From Thiomonas sp. (GTDB lineage: Bacteria; Pseudomonadota; Gammaproteobacteria; Burkholderiales; Burkholderiaceae_C): a stretch of 64,000 nt of DNA. Numbering within the stretch: position 1 is the stretch's first letter; each line of letters begins with the position of its first letter. The position numbers and the translations under genes were made by a program. The DNA is taken from contig NZ_JAVERI010000003.1 in assembly GCF_034007205.1 (NCBI RefSeq), positions 179,374 through 243,373 of the forward strand, read 5' to 3'. This document shows, in pieces, positions 21,005-32,798 of this stretch. The notes below the pieces were generated by a model. That model was not told where the DNA came from. It searched no databases and saw only the letters and a program-made list of their open reading frames with translations.

Positions 21005-22240
21005 ATGACCCTTCGCCGACGAATTGCGATTACTGGCCTTGGCGCGGTTTCCCCGCTGGGCAACACGCTGGATGACAACTGGGCCAATTTGCTCGCGGGC
21101 AAATCGGGCATCGGACGCATCACCAAGTTCGATGCCTCCGCCTATTCCGTGCAGATCGCAGGCGAAGTTCGTGATTTCGATGTCACGCAATACATTGCCG
21201 CCAAGGAAGCGCGGCATATGGATACCTTCATCCACTACGGCATCGCGGCATCGACTCAGGCCGTGCGCGACAGCGGCATCGACCAGGCCGGACTCGATCC
21301 CGAGCGGGTGGGCGTGCTGGTGGGTTCGGGCATCGGCGGCCTGCCGCTGATCGAAAACACCTACGAGGAGCTGCTCAAGCGCGGCCCGCGTCGCATTACC
21401 CCGTTCTTCGTGCCGGCCTCGATCATCAACATGATCTCCGGCTATGTATCCATCCAATACGGGTTCCAGGGGCCGAACCTCTCCGTCGTCACCGCATGCA
21501 CCACAGGTCTGCACGCCATCGGTCTGGCTGCGCGGTTGATCGAATCCGGCGACGCCGACGTGATGGTGGCCGGCGGCGCAGAAGCCACGGTTTCCCCGCT
21601 GGGGATCGGCGGCTTCGCTGCGGCTCGCGCCCTGTCCACCCGCAATGATGACCCACAGACCGCAAGCCGTCCGTGGGACAAAGACCGCGATGGCTTCGTG
21701 CTCGGCGAAGGCGCTGGCGTCATGGTGCTCGAAGACTATGAGTTCGCGGTGAAACGCGGCGCGAAGATCTACGCCGAACTGGTCGGCTTCGGCATGAGCG
21801 GTGACGCCGGGCACATCACGTTGCCGAATACCGATGGCCCGCGCCGCAGCATGCTGCTGGCGCTGAAGAACGCTGGCGTGGCGACCGATCAGGTGCAGAT
21901 GATCAACGCGCATGGCACTTCCACCCCGCCGGGCGACAAGAACGAGTCGGATGCCATCAAGCTCGCTTTTGGCGACCATGCCTACAAACTGGTGGTGAAT
22001 TCCACCAAGTCGATGACCGGGCACCTGCTAGGCGGCGCCGGCGGCGTGGAGGCGGTCTACACGGTGTTGTCACTGCATCACCAGGTCTGCCCGCCGACCA
22101 TCAATCTGCACACGCCCGATCCTGAGTGCGATCTGGACTATTGCGCCAACACCGCACGCGACATGCGCATCGAGTATGCGCTGAAAAACAACTTCGGTTT
22201 CGGCGGCACCAACGGATCGGTGCTGTTCAAGCGCGTTTGA
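21005..22240 (+). CDS. fabF: 3-oxoacyl-ACP synthase II
   Basis: VTACTTG active-site Cys, NAHGTSTP, NSFGFGGTN-like C-terminus. Confidence 0.95.
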   Translation: MTLRRRIAITGLGAVSPLGNTLDDNWANLLAGKSGIGRITKFDASAYSVQIAGEVRDFDVTQYIAAKEARHMDTFIHYGIAASTQAVRDSGIDQAGLDPERVGVLVGSGIGGLPLIENTYEELLKRGPRRITPFFVPASIINMISGYVSIQYGFQGPNLSVVTACTTGLHAIGLAARLIESGDADVMVAGGAEATVSPLGIGGFAAARALSTRNDDPQTASRPWDKDRDGFVLGEGAGVMVLEDYEFAVKRGAKIYAELVGFGMSGDAGHITLPNTDGPRRSMLLALKNAGVATDQVQMINAHGTSTPPGDKNESDAIKLAFGDHAYKLVVNSTKSMTGHLLGGAGGVEAVYTVLSLHHQVCPPTINLHTPDPECDLDYCANTARDMRIEYALKNNFGFGGTNGSVLFKRV

Positions 22241-22382
22241 ACGCCTCATGAGAAAACGCCGGGCCGTCCCAAGTTTTCTCATCCCCCTCTGGGGGCCTGA
22301 CGCGAAAGTGGCAGGTCTGGGGGCGCTCTGAGCGCACCAGGCTTTTCCGCGTCCCTTCATTTTCCTTTTCCGACCGAGCGGC

Positions 22383-22805
22383 ATGAAGACCCTAGCACCC
22401 TTGCAGATCCGGGTCGAACATTTCGGCCGCTGGCATCTGCTGCTTGGGTTGTTCAGTGCGGCGGCACTGCTCGCCGCCGGGTGGACGGTCTGGGTCTGGC
22501 GTAATACCGATACGCTCAGCCTGATGGCGGCTTTTGCGGCCGCCCTATTCCTGGCCATTCTGTCGGCGCAATATCCCTATTGGACCATCCGCCCGTTCAC
22601 CCTGTTTCACGATGAACGGGGCTGGAAACTGCAGCGGGGCCACGGCCTGGAAGATGTACTTCAGGTGCGGGGCATGGTGCTGCCGGGTCTGTTGCTGGTG
22701 CTTGGCCTGACGGCGAAAGGGCGTGTGGTTCTGCCCGTGCCCAGCGATATCCAACCCGGCATTTTTCGCGAACTGCGACTGCGCTTGGGTGCTCTGTCTC
22801 ATTGA
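22383..22805 (+). CDS. Small membrane protein of unknown function upstream of rpoE
   Basis: Several hydrophobic segments. No recognised motif. Confidence 0.5.
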   Translation: MKTLAPLQIRVEHFGRWHLLLGLFSAAALLAAGWTVWVWRNTDTLSLMAAFAAALFLAILSAQYPYWTIRPFTLFHDERGWKLQRGHGLEDVLQVRGMVLPGLLLVLGLTAKGRVVLPVPSDIQPGIFRELRLRLGALSH

Positions 22806-22811
22806 GTTGCA

Positions 22812-23417
22812 GTGGAGCAGGACACCCAGAGTGATGCCTTTCTGGTCCAGCAGGTCCAGGCCGGGCAGCAAAAGGCCTTCGATCTCCTCGTGGCCAAATA
22901 CCAGCGCCGGATCTATCGGTTGGTGCTGCGCTTCATCCGTGATCCGTCGCTGGCGGAAGACGTGGCGCAAGAGACTTTTCTGCGCGCCTATCGCGCCATC
23001 GGGCAGTTCCGCGGCGACAGTCAGTTCTATACCTGGCTCTATCGCATCGCGGTCAATACAGCCAAAAAAGCCATTTCCGACGACATGCGCGATCCGACGG
23101 TGTCCGAAGGTGATGGGTCCGGCCATGATGAAGAAACTTTTAGCCCGACCGAGCTACTAACCAACCACGAAACGCCGGAGTCCATTCTGGTTTCGAAAGA
23201 AATCGTGCAAACGGTGAATGCCGCCATGGAGTCTTTGCCGGAAGATTTGCGCATGGCGATTACCCTGCGTGAAATCGAGGGATTGAGTTACGAGGATATT
23301 GCCGAAGCCATGCAATGCCCTATCGGTACGGTGCGCTCGCGGATTTTTCGCGCCCGCGAAGCCATTGCCGAGCGTCTGCGTCCGGTGATCGAGCACAAGG
23401 GTGGCAAGCGGTGGTGA
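22812..23417 (+). CDS. rpoE: ECF sigma factor sigma-E (RpoE/AlgU)
   Basis: GTG start. QKAFDLLVAKYQRRIYRLVLRFI and LSYEDIAEAMQCPIGTVRSRIFRAREAI. Confidence 0.92.
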   Translation: MEQDTQSDAFLVQQVQAGQQKAFDLLVAKYQRRIYRLVLRFIRDPSLAEDVAQETFLRAYRAIGQFRGDSQFYTWLYRIAVNTAKKAISDDMRDPTVSEGDGSGHDEETFSPTELLTNHETPESILVSKEIVQTVNAAMESLPEDLRMAITLREIEGLSYEDIAEAMQCPIGTVRSRIFRAREAIAERLRPVIEHKGGKRW

Positions 23418-23459
23418 GCCTGCGGTGGATCGGCTGTGGAGTTTTGTAGGAGACGAAAA

Positions 23460-24260
23460 ATGAGTCAAGACATGTCGCGCGAGCAACTCTCCGCTCTGAT
23501 GGATGGAGAGGGGGCTGGTCATGGGCAGTCCGCGTGGACGGACGCTTCGGAGGCTTTCGTCCGCCGGGTGGCAGCCGACGACGCCGCACGGCGTGACTGG
23601 CTGATTTATGCCCAGATCGGCGACATCCTGCGTTCCTCCGATCTCACGCCCCTGCCCGATGAAGTCGATTTTTTGCAGCGCGTCAGCGCGGCGATCGCGC
23701 GCGAACCGATCGTGCTGCTGCCGCAAGCCGCCGCACGATCGGCTGCGGTGGCTGTTGGGATGGCAGGGCAGGCGGCGCGCCTTGCTCCTGTCTCCCGCAA
23801 CCGTCCGCACTGGAGCACGCGCATGGCTGCAGGCATGGCGGCCGTGGCGGGGGTGGCCGTCATGGCCTGGGTGGCGCTGCCCGGGTTGCAGACGACCGCG
23901 CCCTCTGGGGGAATGCCGACGGTGGCATCTCTCGCAGATTCCGGGGCGAAGGGGCAGATGCCCGTAGCCGATACCCGGGTTGTTGCGCCCGCCAACCCGG
24001 CCGTCAACCAGCTCGCCCGGGCGGGCCTGGTCCAGGTGGATCTTTCGACGCAGAGCCCGCTCGGGGGCGGAAGCGGCCAGAAGACGGCTCAGATCGTTCC
24101 CGTGTCGGAGCAAATGCCCATGGTCGAATACCTCCTGGCGCATCAACAGATGGCCGGGGGGATGATGCCCGCCGTTCCGGCTACGCTGCAATGGGTTCGA
24201 AATCGGTCTGCCGAGGCCAGCGGCCTCCATCTGGCCGCGCCTGCAGCGCAATCTCACTGA
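23460..24260 (+). CDS. Anti-sigma-E factor (RseA/MucA-like)
   Basis: N-terminus EQLSALMDGE and the position directly after rpoE. Confidence 0.75.
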   Translation: MSQDMSREQLSALMDGEGAGHGQSAWTDASEAFVRRVAADDAARRDWLIYAQIGDILRSSDLTPLPDEVDFLQRVSAAIAREPIVLLPQAAARSAAVAVGMAGQAARLAPVSRNRPHWSTRMAAGMAAVAGVAVMAWVALPGLQTTAPSGGMPTVASLADSGAKGQMPVADTRVVAPANPAVNQLARAGLVQVDLSTQSPLGGGSGQKTAQIVPVSEQMPMVEYLLAHQQMAGGMMPAVPATLQWVRNRSAEASGLHLAAPAAQSH

Positions 24261-25354
24261 TGGCGCGCTTGGGGGTATTGGGCGCGCGCCGGTGGCGTCG
24301 GGCGGTCTGGATTGGCGCACTGATCGGTCTATCCAGCGCACCAGGGCTCACGCCAGCGTTCGCCGCGCCCATCCTTGCCGCACAGCAGGGACACGCACCT
24401 GACGCGACAAACGCGTCGGCCGCGGTGCAAGCCGCGGATGTGCCCGCATCTCAGCAGAACCTGGAGCAATGGCTGCAGACGGTGAGCGCGGCCGCCCGTT
24501 CGTTGAATTACAGCGGCGTATTCATCACCCAGCGCGGCGACGAGATCAGCACATCCAGTCTGGTGCATTATGTTCTGCCGCAGGGGCATTTCGAGCGTAT
24601 CGAGACCCTGGACGGGCAGCGCCGCATCATGGTTTCGCTCAATGACCAAGTGCGCACGATCTGGCCCGACTACCGTCTGACGCTGATCGACGATCAGTCC
24701 GGGCAGGCCAGTTTCCCCCGCCTGCTCAAGACCACCGACGGCGAGGTCGACCGCAATTACCGGCTGGAACGGGGCGGGCTGCAGCGCTGCGCGGGCTATG
24801 AGTGCCGCGTTTCCACGCTGCTGCCGCGCGACGATCTGCGCTGGGGCTACCGCTTGTGGTCGCTGCGCGATGCGCAGCTTCTGGTCAAGGCGCAAACGCT
24901 CGATGCGGCGGGTCATGTCATCAATCAGGTGGCGTTCACCGAACTCAAGATCAACGTGCCGCCACGCCTGTCGCTGGTGCGTGACAGTCTGCACCAACCG
25001 CCAGGGTATGTGGTGGAGCAGATGAAGGTCGTTCCGGTGAGCCTGCAATCGCAGGGCTGGGCGCTGTCCGCTCCGGTGCCGGGTTTCAAGACGGTCGGGG
25101 TGTTTCGCCGCAGCATGTCGCTGGGCGGCAAGCCCTCCGAAGTGCTGCAGTGGCTGCTCAGCGACGGTCTGGCTTCGGTATCCATCTTCGTCCAGCCTGC
25201 CGCCGATCTGAGCGAGCCGGTCGCGCCGGAGCAGCGTGTCGGGGGTACCCTGGCGCTGTCGCGGCGCATCGGCGACTCCTGGCTGACGGTGATGGGGGCG
25301 GTGCCCGAACACACGCTGCGGCGCATCAGCGACGCCATCGTTCGCGTGCAATGA
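24260..25354 (+). CDS. rseB: Sigma-E regulatory protein RseB/MucB
   Basis: ATG overlaps the rseA-like stop. Signal peptide present. Conserved position in the operon. Confidence 0.8.
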   Translation: MARLGVLGARRWRRAVWIGALIGLSSAPGLTPAFAAPILAAQQGHAPDATNASAAVQAADVPASQQNLEQWLQTVSAAARSLNYSGVFITQRGDEISTSSLVHYVLPQGHFERIETLDGQRRIMVSLNDQVRTIWPDYRLTLIDDQSGQASFPRLLKTTDGEVDRNYRLERGGLQRCAGYECRVSTLLPRDDLRWGYRLWSLRDAQLLVKAQTLDAAGHVINQVAFTELKINVPPRLSLVRDSLHQPPGYVVEQMKVVPVSLQSQGWALSAPVPGFKTVGVFRRSMSLGGKPSEVLQWLLSDGLASVSIFVQPAADLSEPVAPEQRVGGTLALSRRIGDSWLTVMGAVPEHTLRRISDAIVRVQ

Positions 25355-25481
25355 CTGCGGGTTCAGGTAGCCGTGCCGCAGCGTGGTTGCGGCCTTTTGC
25401 GTATGCTGCTCGCGCGATGAATGAATGATCGAATTGCAGTATTCCGCCTGAAATCAGGCGCGATGTATCAGGGAGAAATCG

Positions 25482-26948
25482 GTGAAAAAAGTCTTGTTGA
25501 CCTGTTTGAGTGCGGGCCTGTTGGCCATGGCGGGTATCGCGGTTCCGGCGCAGGCGGCCGGGTCAGCGCCGCAGCAGCCTTGCGTAGCCTGCGGCCTGCC
25601 GGATTTCACCGGTCTGGTGGAAAAGGCCGGCCCGTCGGTGGTGAATATCCGCACTTTCAAGAAGGTGCCCGTGGGCAGCGGCGATCAGATGGACGAACAG
25701 ACGCGCGAGCTGCTTCGTCGGTTTTTTGGCGTGCCCATTCCCGCCCCCGATCAACCGAAGGGTGGCAAGAACGGGCCGCAGGATGAAGAGGAAGAGCGCC
25801 CCACTGGCGTCGGCTCGGGCTTCGTCATCAGCCCGGATGGCTACATCATGACCAATGCCCACGTCGTGGACGGCGCGGACGAGATCATGGTCACGCTGAC
25901 AGACAAGCGCGAGTTCAAGGCCAAGCTCATCGGCGCCGACAAGCGCACCGACGTGGCGCTGGTGAAGATCGACGCCAAGCAGCCGCTGCCTGCCGTGCGC
26001 ATCGGCGATTCTTCCAGGGTCAAGGTGGGTGAATGGGTGGTGGCCATCGGTTCGCCATTCGGGCTGGAAAACACCGTGACCGCGGGCATCGTCAGCGCCA
26101 AGGGACGCGACACCGGCGACTACACGCCGTTCATCCAGACCGATGTGGCGGTGAATCCGGGCAATTCCGGCGGCCCGCTGATCGATATGCGCGGCAATGT
26201 CATCGGCATCAATTCGCAGATCTACAGCCGCACCGGCGGCTTCATGGGCATCTCCTTCGCCATTCCGATCGACGAAGCCATGCGCGTGGTCGAGCAACTC
26301 AAGAAGCAGGGCTATGTGGTGCGCGGCAAGATCGGGGTGCAGATCGACAACGTGAGCCGCGATCTGGCCGAGTCGCTTGGGCTGGGACAGGCACGGGGCG
26401 CCCTGGTGCGCGTGGTGGAAAAGGATGGGCCGGCGGACAAGGCCGGCGTGCAGGTCGGCGACATCGTCACCCGCTTCAACGGCAAGCCGGTTGAACGGGC
26501 CAATGATCTGCCGCGCCTGGTGGGTGAAACCAAGCCCGACACCACCGTGCCCATGCAGGTGCTGCGCATGGGCAAGAGCCTGACGCTCAACGTCACGGTG
26601 GGCGAATGGGTGATGGACAGGAAGCCCGGCGCCAAACCGGCCGAGGAGCAAAAGCCCGAGCCCGTCAGCAAGGCCAATGCGCTGGGAGTGAGAGTCATCG
26701 ACCTCAACGAGGCGCAGAAACGTCAGCTCGGCGTGAGCAGCGGCGTGCTGGTCGAGGCCGTGCGCGAGTCGGCCGCACGCGACGGTCTGCGTGTGGGCGA
26801 TGTGGTGCTGGCCGTGGGCAATACGGCGGTCAACAGCGCAGCCCAGTTCAATGCGATCAGCGCGCAACTGCCACCGGGCAAACAGGTGGCGGTGCTGGTG
26901 CGGCGCGGCGATTCGGGCTTGTATATCCTGCTGCGACCGCAGAACTGA
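25482..26948 (+). CDS. Periplasmic serine endoprotease DegP/MucD (HtrA family)
   Basis: TNAHVV, GNSGGPL and two PDZ-like regions. Confidence 0.92.
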   Translation: MKKVLLTCLSAGLLAMAGIAVPAQAAGSAPQQPCVACGLPDFTGLVEKAGPSVVNIRTFKKVPVGSGDQMDEQTRELLRRFFGVPIPAPDQPKGGKNGPQDEEEERPTGVGSGFVISPDGYIMTNAHVVDGADEIMVTLTDKREFKAKLIGADKRTDVALVKIDAKQPLPAVRIGDSSRVKVGEWVVAIGSPFGLENTVTAGIVSAKGRDTGDYTPFIQTDVAVNPGNSGGPLIDMRGNVIGINSQIYSRTGGFMGISFAIPIDEAMRVVEQLKKQGYVVRGKIGVQIDNVSRDLAESLGLGQARGALVRVVEKDGPADKAGVQVGDIVTRFNGKPVERANDLPRLVGETKPDTTVPMQVLRMGKSLTLNVTVGEWVMDRKPGAKPAEEQKPEPVSKANALGVRVIDLNEAQKRQLGVSSGVLVEAVRESAARDGLRVGDVVLAVGNTAVNSAAQFNAISAQLPPGKQVAVLVRRGDSGLYILLRPQN

Positions 26949-27046
26949 ATCTGGCTGAAGGGCGTAAGGCGGCGTCAGACCCGGAGTTGCCCCGGGTTAG
27001 AATGGCCGCCCAACAAGCTCAAGCAGTTGCCAGATCGATTTGTTGG

Positions 27047-27078
27047 AAGGCGCGTCACGCTTGTCGCGCCTTTTTTTC
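27047..27078 (+). terminator. Rho-independent terminator after degP
   Basis: aaggcgcg-N10-cgcgcctt followed by tttttc. Confidence 0.7.
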
Positions 27079-27143
27079 TTGTGCATCCCCTGTTTCCCGT
27101 CTGATCCGTAGGGCGCGAAGCGGTCGCCCCAGCAGACCACTGC

Positions 27144-28952
27144 ATGAACCCTATTCGTAATTTTTCAATTATTGCCCATATCGATCACGGCAAATCCACG
27201 CTTGCGGATCGCATCATTCAGCGATGTGGCGGCTTGTCGGACCGCGAGATGGAAGCGCAGGTGCTCGATTCGATGGACATCGAGCGCGAGCGCGGCATCA
27301 CCATCAAGGCGCAGACTGCGGCGCTGCAATACACCGCGCGGGACGGCAAGACCTACAACCTCAATCTGATCGACACCCCGGGCCATGTCGATTTCAGCTA
27401 TGAAGTGAGCCGCTCGCTCTCGGCCTGCGAAGGCGCACTGCTGGTGGTCGATGCCAGCCAGGGGGTCGAAGCGCAGACCGTGGCGAACTGCTACACCGCG
27501 CTCGATCTGGGCGTGGAAGTCGTGCCCGTGCTCAATAAAATGGATCTGCCGCAGGCCGACCCGGAGCGGGCCAAGGAGGAGATCGAGGAAGTCATCGGCA
27601 TCGATGCGAGCGGCGCCATTGCCTGCAGCGCCAAGACCGGCATGGGCATCGACGACATTCTCGAAGCCGTGATCACCCGCATGCCCCCGCCCAAAGGCAA
27701 GATGGATGCGCCGCTGCGCGCGATGATCATCGACTCCTGGTTCGATACCTATGTCGGCGTGGTCATGCTGGTGCGCGTGGTCGATGGCAGCCTGAAAAAG
27801 GGCGAGCGTTTCAAGATGATGGCCACGCATGCGGCCTACAACGTTGAGCAACTCGGGGTGTTCACGCCCAAGTCGGTGCAGCGCGAGGTGCTCAACGCAG
27901 GCGAGGTGGGCTTCATCATCGCGGGCATCAAGGAGTTGCAGGCCGCCAAGGTCGGTGACACCATTACCCTCGAAAAAAAGCTGCCCAACAACCTCGGCCC
28001 GGCAGCCGAGGCGCTGCCCGGCTTCAAGGAAATCCAGCCGCAGGTGTTTGCCGGGCTTTATCCCACCGAAGCGAGCGAATACGACCAACTGCGCGACGCG
28101 CTGGAAAAACTCAAGCTCAACGATGCCGCGCTGCGTTATGAACCTGAAGTGAGCCAGGCGCTGGGTTTCGGCTTTCGCTGCGGCTTTCTCGGCCTGCTGC
28201 ACATGGAGATCGTGCAGGAGCGTCTGGAGCGCGAGTTCGACCAGGACCTCATCACCACCGCGCCCTCGGTGGTCTATCAGGTGATGCTCGCGGGTGGCGA
28301 GGTGATCGAGGTCGAAAACCCATCGAAAATGCCCGATCAAGGGCGCATCGCCGAAATCCGCGAACCCATCGTCACGGTGCATCTCTACATGCCGCAAGAC
28401 TATGTCGGCCCGGTGATGACCCTGGCCAATCAGAAGCGCGGGGTGCAGCTCAATATGGCCTATCACGGCCGCCAGGTGATGCTCACCTACGACATGCCGC
28501 TGGCCGAGATCGTGCTCGACTTTTTCGACAAGCTCAAAAGCGTGTCGCGCGGCTATGCATCGATGGACTATGAGTTCAAGGAATACCGCCCGGCCGACGT
28601 GGTGAAGGTCGACATGCTGATCAACGGCGACCGGGTGGATGCGCTGTCCATCATCGTGCACCGCAGCCAGAGCCAGTACCGCGGCCGTCAGGTGGCGGCC
28701 AAGATGCGCGAGATCATTCCCCGCCAGATGTACGACGTCGCCATCCAGGCGGCCATCGGGGCCAACATCATCGCGCGTGAGACAATCAAGGCGCTACGCA
28801 AGAACGTGCTGGCTAAGTGCTACGGGGGGGACATTTCCCGCAAGCGCAAGCTGCTGGAAAAGCAGAAGGCGGGAAAGAAGCGCATGAAGCAGATCGGCAC
28901 GGTTGAAGTCCCGCAAGAGGCTTTTCTCGCCATCCTGCAAGTCGAAGACTGA
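27144..28952 (+). CDS. lepA: Elongation factor 4
   Basis: [23 protein letters not shown]. Confidence 0.97.
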   Translation: MNPIRNFSIIAHIDHGKSTLADRIIQRCGGLSDREMEAQVLDSMDIERERGITIKAQTAALQYTARDGKTYNLNLIDTPGHVDFSYEVSRSLSACEGALLVVDASQGVEAQTVANCYTALDLGVEVVPVLNKMDLPQADPERAKEEIEEVIGIDASGAIACSAKTGMGIDDILEAVITRMPPPKGKMDAPLRAMIIDSWFDTYVGVVMLVRVVDGSLKKGERFKMMATHAAYNVEQLGVFTPKSVQREVLNAGEVGFIIAGIKELQAAKVGDTITLEKKLPNNLGPAAEALPGFKEIQPQVFAGLYPTEASEYDQLRDALEKLKLNDAALRYEPEVSQALGFGFRCGFLGLLHMEIVQERLEREFDQDLITTAPSVVYQVMLAGGEVIEVENPSKMPDQGRIAEIREPIVTVHLYMPQDYVGPVMTLANQKRGVQLNMAYHGRQVMLTYDMPLAEIVLDFFDKLKSVSRGYASMDYEFKEYRPADVVKVDMLINGDRVDALSIIVHRSQSQYRGRQVAAKMREIIPRQMYDVAIQAAIGANIIARETIKALRKNVLAKCYGGDISRKRKLLEKQKAGKKRMKQIGTVEVPQEAFLAILQVED

Positions 28953-28977
28953 TTCGCACCCCCAAAAAATAGCCCGT

Positions 28978-29904
28978 ATGGAAACCGCGCCCAGCGTCAA
29001 CTTCACCCTTTTGCTGTTCATCCTTCTGGTCGTCACCGGCGTGTTCTGGTTTGCCGAGCGCTGGTATTTCGCACCGCAGCGCAGGCGTGCGGCCAAGTCG
29101 GCCGTGGCGCAGTTGCAGGAGAGGCGCACGGCTCTGCAGAAACAGGGCCTGGCCGCTGATGGCGCCGTGGCGACCGATGCCGACATCGAGGCGGCGCGCG
29201 AGCGGGTGCAGCGCCAGCCCTGGTGGCTGGAGTGGACTGCGGGGCTGTTTCCGGTCATTCTGGTGGTGTTCCTGCTGCGCTCCTTCGTGGCCGAGCCCTT
29301 CAAGATTCCCTCCGGATCGATGGAGCCGACGCTGGTACCCGGCGACCTGATTCTGGTGAACAAATTCGAGTACGGCCTGCGCCTGCCGCTGCTCGATACC
29401 CGCCTCACCCCGGGCGAACTGCCCCGGCGCGGCGATGTGATCGTGTTCCGCCTGCCCAAGGATCCGCGCATCGACTACATCAAGCGCATCGTCGGACTGC
29501 CGGGCGATACGGTGTCGTACGAAAACAAGCAACTGGTGATCAACGGCAAGCCAGTGAAGGAAACCCCGCTGCCCGATTATTTCGATCCGAGCACCATGAC
29601 GTATTACAAGCAGTACATGGAAAAGCTGGGCACGCACGAGCACCGCATCATGATCAACCCGATGGCGCCACCCTACGTCATTGGCGGGCCCGAGAGCTTC
29701 CCGCACCGCGACATGTGCCACTACAACGCCGAAGGCTTCGTCTGCAAGGTGCCCAAGGGCAATTATTTCGTCATGGGCGACAACCGCGACAACTCGCTGG
29801 ATTCACGTTATTGGGGTTTCGTGCCCGAGCGCAATATCATCGGCCAAGCCTTTGTGGTGTGGATGAATTTCAGCGCACCGAAAAACATCGGGCTGATTCA
29901 TTGA
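28978..29904 (+). CDS. lepB: Signal peptidase I
   Basis: [24 protein letters not shown]. Confidence 0.95.
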   Translation: METAPSVNFTLLLFILLVVTGVFWFAERWYFAPQRRRAAKSAVAQLQERRTALQKQGLAADGAVATDADIEAARERVQRQPWWLEWTAGLFPVILVVFLLRSFVAEPFKIPSGSMEPTLVPGDLILVNKFEYGLRLPLLDTRLTPGELPRRGDVIVFRLPKDPRIDYIKRIVGLPGDTVSYENKQLVINGKPVKETPLPDYFDPSTMTYYKQYMEKLGTHEHRIMINPMAPPYVIGGPESFPHRDMCHYNAEGFVCKVPKGNYFVMGDNRDNSLDSRYWGFVPERNIIGQAFVVWMNFSAPKNIGLIH

Positions 29905-29947
29905 TCGCAGGGATCGTCTTGTCGGTTTGAAGAGTCGGGGCACAACT

Positions 29948-30298
29948 ATGAGGCAGCATGACAGGCAGCGCGGCATCACCCTCATCGGATTGATTTTCTG
30001 GGGCGCCATCCTCGCGTTCATCGTGGTCATCGGCGCGCAGGCCGTGCCCACGGCGACCGAATACTTCGCCATCCAGAAAGCGGTCGATCAGGCCGCCAAG
30101 GCCGGGCCGACGGTGGCCGACATTCGCTCGGCCTATTCCAAAATGGCCGATGTCGACTACATCTCCTCGGTCACGGCGCAGGATCTCGACATCACCAAGG
30201 TCAACGACAAGGTGGTGATCTCCTTCGCGTACAACAAGGAGATTCACATCGCCGGGCCGGTGTATCTGCTGATCAAGTACGCCGGACATTCGCACTGA
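29948..30298 (+). CDS. DUF4845-like small membrane-anchored protein
   Basis: RGITLIGLIFWGAILAFIVVIG N-terminal TM segment. Conserved position between lepB and rnc. Confidence 0.65.
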   Translation: MRQHDRQRGITLIGLIFWGAILAFIVVIGAQAVPTATEYFAIQKAVDQAAKAGPTVADIRSAYSKMADVDYISSVTAQDLDITKVNDKVVISFAYNKEIHIAGPVYLLIKYAGHSH

Positions 30299-30305
30299 TA
30301 CCCGG

Positions 30306-31106
30306 GTGAGCACGGCACTGGAAACGCGGCTGGGCTATGTCTTCCGCGATCGCAAACTGTTCGAGCGGGCGCTGACGCATCGCAGCTTCGGCGCGGACCA
30401 CAACGAGCGTCTGGAGTTCCTGGGCGATTCGGTGCTCAATCTTTCCGCAGCCGCCTGGCTGTACCACCAGGCGGCGCGCCAGGACGAGGGGCAGCTTTCG
30501 CGTCTGCGCGCGGCGCTGGTGCGTGCAGAGGCACTGGCGGATGTGGCCCGAGCGATCGATCTGGGGCGGTTTCTCAGGCTGGGCGAGGGCGAGCTGCAGA
30601 GCGGGGGCGCGCAGCGCGAGTCCATTCTTGCGGATACGGTGGAGGCCCTGCTCGGCGCGATTTATCTCGAAGCCGGGTTCGACAAGGCACAGGAAGTGAT
30701 GCGCCGCCTGTTTGCGCCGCTGCTCGATTCGCTCGATGCCGAGGTCGTGCGCAAGGATGCCAAAACGCAGTTGCAGGAGTTTCTGCAAGGCCAGCGCCTG
30801 CCCTTGCCGAGCTATGCCGTGCTCGATGTGCGCGGCGCCGCGCACCAGCAGAAATTCAGGGTGGAATGCGAGGTCGCCGCGCTCGGGCTGAAGGTGACGG
30901 GCGAAGGCGACAGCCGCCGCCGCGCCGAGCAGGACGCCGCCGCGCGCATGATCGAGCGCATCGGTCGGGGCAGCGCCAAACCCTTGCGCCGTGGCGGCCG
31001 CCCCGTGCTGGTGGATGAACGCGGTGATGCAGCTTTGACCTCGCAGACGCAAAATCAGCGTTGCGCGCCTGCGCGACGACTGCGCAAACCCACCCAAACG
31101 CCATGA
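30306..31106 (+). CDS. rnc: Ribonuclease III
   Basis: [13 protein letters not shown] signature and a dsRBD. It has a basic C-terminal extension of about 40 aa and overlaps the era start (ATGA). Confidence 0.93.
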   Translation: MSTALETRLGYVFRDRKLFERALTHRSFGADHNERLEFLGDSVLNLSAAAWLYHQAARQDEGQLSRLRAALVRAEALADVARAIDLGRFLRLGEGELQSGGAQRESILADTVEALLGAIYLEAGFDKAQEVMRRLFAPLLDSLDAEVVRKDAKTQLQEFLQGQRLPLPSYAVLDVRGAAHQQKFRVECEVAALGLKVTGEGDSRRRAEQDAAARMIERIGRGSAKPLRRGGRPVLVDERGDAALTSQTQNQRCAPARRLRKPTQTP

Positions 31107-32008
31107 CCTCATCACCCCCTGAATCGACGCGCCGCTTCGGCACTGTGGCAATAGTCGGACGCCCCAACGTGGGCAAATCCACGCTGCTCAACGCGCTCGT
31201 GGGTGCCAAGGTGAGCATCACCTCGCACAAGGCGCAGACCACGCGGCACCGCATTCTCGGCGTCACCACGCAAGGGACTTCGCAGTTCGCGTTTGTCGAT
31301 ACGCCCGGCTTCCAGACCCAGCACCTGCACGCGCTCAACCGGGCGATGAACCGCACCGTCACCGGCGCCTTGAGCGAGGTGGACCTCGTGCTCTGGGTGC
31401 TGGAGGCGGGCAAGTTGCTTGCGCAGGATCGCACCGTGCTCGAAGTTCTGCCCAACGACCGGCCGGTGATCGCGGTGGTCAACAAGCTCGACCGCATCAC
31501 CCCGCGCGAAAAGCTGCTGCCCTGGCTGGCCGAGTTGGGACAGTTGCGCCCCTTTGCCGAAATCGTGCCGATGTCGGCACAAAAAAAAGCCGATGCCTCC
31601 CGGCTGCTCGCCATCATGGAGCCCTACCTGCCCGAAGGCGAGTGGGGCTATGAGGAAGATGCGCTCACCGACCGCAGCGAGCGCTTTCTGGCGAGCGAAA
31701 TCCTGCGGGAAAAGCTGTTTCGCCTGACCGGCGACGAACTTCCTTACAGCAGCACCGTGGTCATCGAGCAATTCGCCCAGGAAGGCGATCTGCGCCGCAT
31801 TTCCGCGGCCATCATCGTCGATCGCGACAGTCACAAGGCCATGGTGATCGGCGCGGGCGGCGAGCGCCTCAAGCGCATCTCGACCGAAGCGCGGCAGGAC
31901 ATGCAGGCCCTGTTCGGCGGCCCGGTGTTTTTGGAGGTCTGGGTGAAAACCCGTTCGGGCTGGGCCGACGATCAGGCCGCCGTGCGCGCCTTCGGCTATG
32001 AGGACTGA
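31103..32008 (+). CDS. era: GTPase Era
   Basis: [16 protein letters not shown] and a KH domain. Confidence 0.95.
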   Translation: MTSSPPESTRRFGTVAIVGRPNVGKSTLLNALVGAKVSITSHKAQTTRHRILGVTTQGTSQFAFVDTPGFQTQHLHALNRAMNRTVTGALSEVDLVLWVLEAGKLLAQDRTVLEVLPNDRPVIAVVNKLDRITPREKLLPWLAELGQLRPFAEIVPMSAQKKADASRLLAIMEPYLPEGEWGYEEDALTDRSERFLASEILREKLFRLTGDELPYSSTVVIEQFAQEGDLRRISAAIIVDRDSHKAMVIGAGGERLKRISTEARQDMQALFGGPVFLEVWVKTRSGWADDQAAVRAFGYED

Positions 32009-32798
32009 GCCGGGCGCCGAGCCGACCGCCACGCGACCCGTGCCGCGCGCGCCACGGCGCACGGCTTCGGTGGAGCGTGTGCACGACGAACCCATCTACG
32101 TGCTGCACAGCTATCCCTGGAAAGAAACCAGCCTCCTGCTCGACGTCTTCAGCCGCCGGCATGGCCGTGTGGCGCTGGTGGCCAAGGGCGCCAAGCGGCC
32201 GACTTCCGCGCTGCGCGCCGTGCTGCTGGGCTTGCAGCCCTGCCATGCCAGTTGGAGCGGCCGTGGCGAGGTGCGCACCCTCACCCGCGCCGAATGGTCG
32301 GGCGGACTGGCACCGCTGTCGGGCCTGCCCTTGCTCTGCGGCTTCTATTTCAATGAATTGCTCGTGCGTCTGCTGGCGCGCGAAGATGCCCACGAAGGCC
32401 TGTTCGACGCCTATCACGCGGGCATTGCCGCGCTGGCGCAGCGCCCGCAGGCGCAGGCCGCCGAACTGGAGCCGGTGCTGCGCCGTTTCGAGTTTGCGCT
32501 GCTGCGCGAACTGGGTTTTTTGCCAGATCTGCACCTCGAAGGCGCCACATCCGAGCCGGTGCGGCCCGATGGCCATTACCGCGTCGATCCCGATCAGGGG
32601 GTATCGGCCTGCCCCGCATCCGACGTGCAGGCGGTTCGCGGCGAGGTGTTGCTGGCGCTGCGCGAAGGCCCGCCCACAGAAGGCGACGTCGTTCTCGCGC
32701 GGGCCGCGAAGACGCTGATGCGCAGCCTGCTTCACTATCATCTTGCAGGAAAGACGCTGCGCACCCGCCAGCTTCTCATCGATCTCCACAAATTATGA
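31998..32798 (+). CDS. recO: DNA repair protein RecO
   Basis: [31 protein letters not shown]. Confidence 0.88.
   Translation: MRTEPGAEPTATRPVPRAPRRTASVERVHDEPIYVLHSYPWKETSLLLDVFSRRHGRVALVAKGAKRPTSALRAVLLGLQPCHASWSGRGEVRTLTRAEWSGGLAPLSGLPLLCGFYFNELLVRLLAREDAHEGLFDAYHAGIAALAQRPQAQAAELEPVLRRFEFALLRELGFLPDLHLEGATSEPVRPDGHYRVDPDQGVSACPASDVQAVRGEVLLALREGPPTEGDVVLARAAKTLMRSLLHYHLAGKTLRTRQLLIDLHKL

Noticed and set aside
22770-22798. A sigma-E-type promoter (GAACTG-17 nt-TCTGT) in front of rpoE.
   Set aside because: The -10 element ends only about 14 nt before the GTG start, leaving no room for a leader or RBS. It also lies inside the upstream ORF. It may be real only if the start codon is mis-assigned.
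30940-31106. The C-terminal ~40-aa extension of RNase III as a separate feature.
   Set aside because: It is basic low-complexity sequence in frame up to the ATGA overlap with era. It is probably just lineage-specific and nothing further can be said from the sequence.
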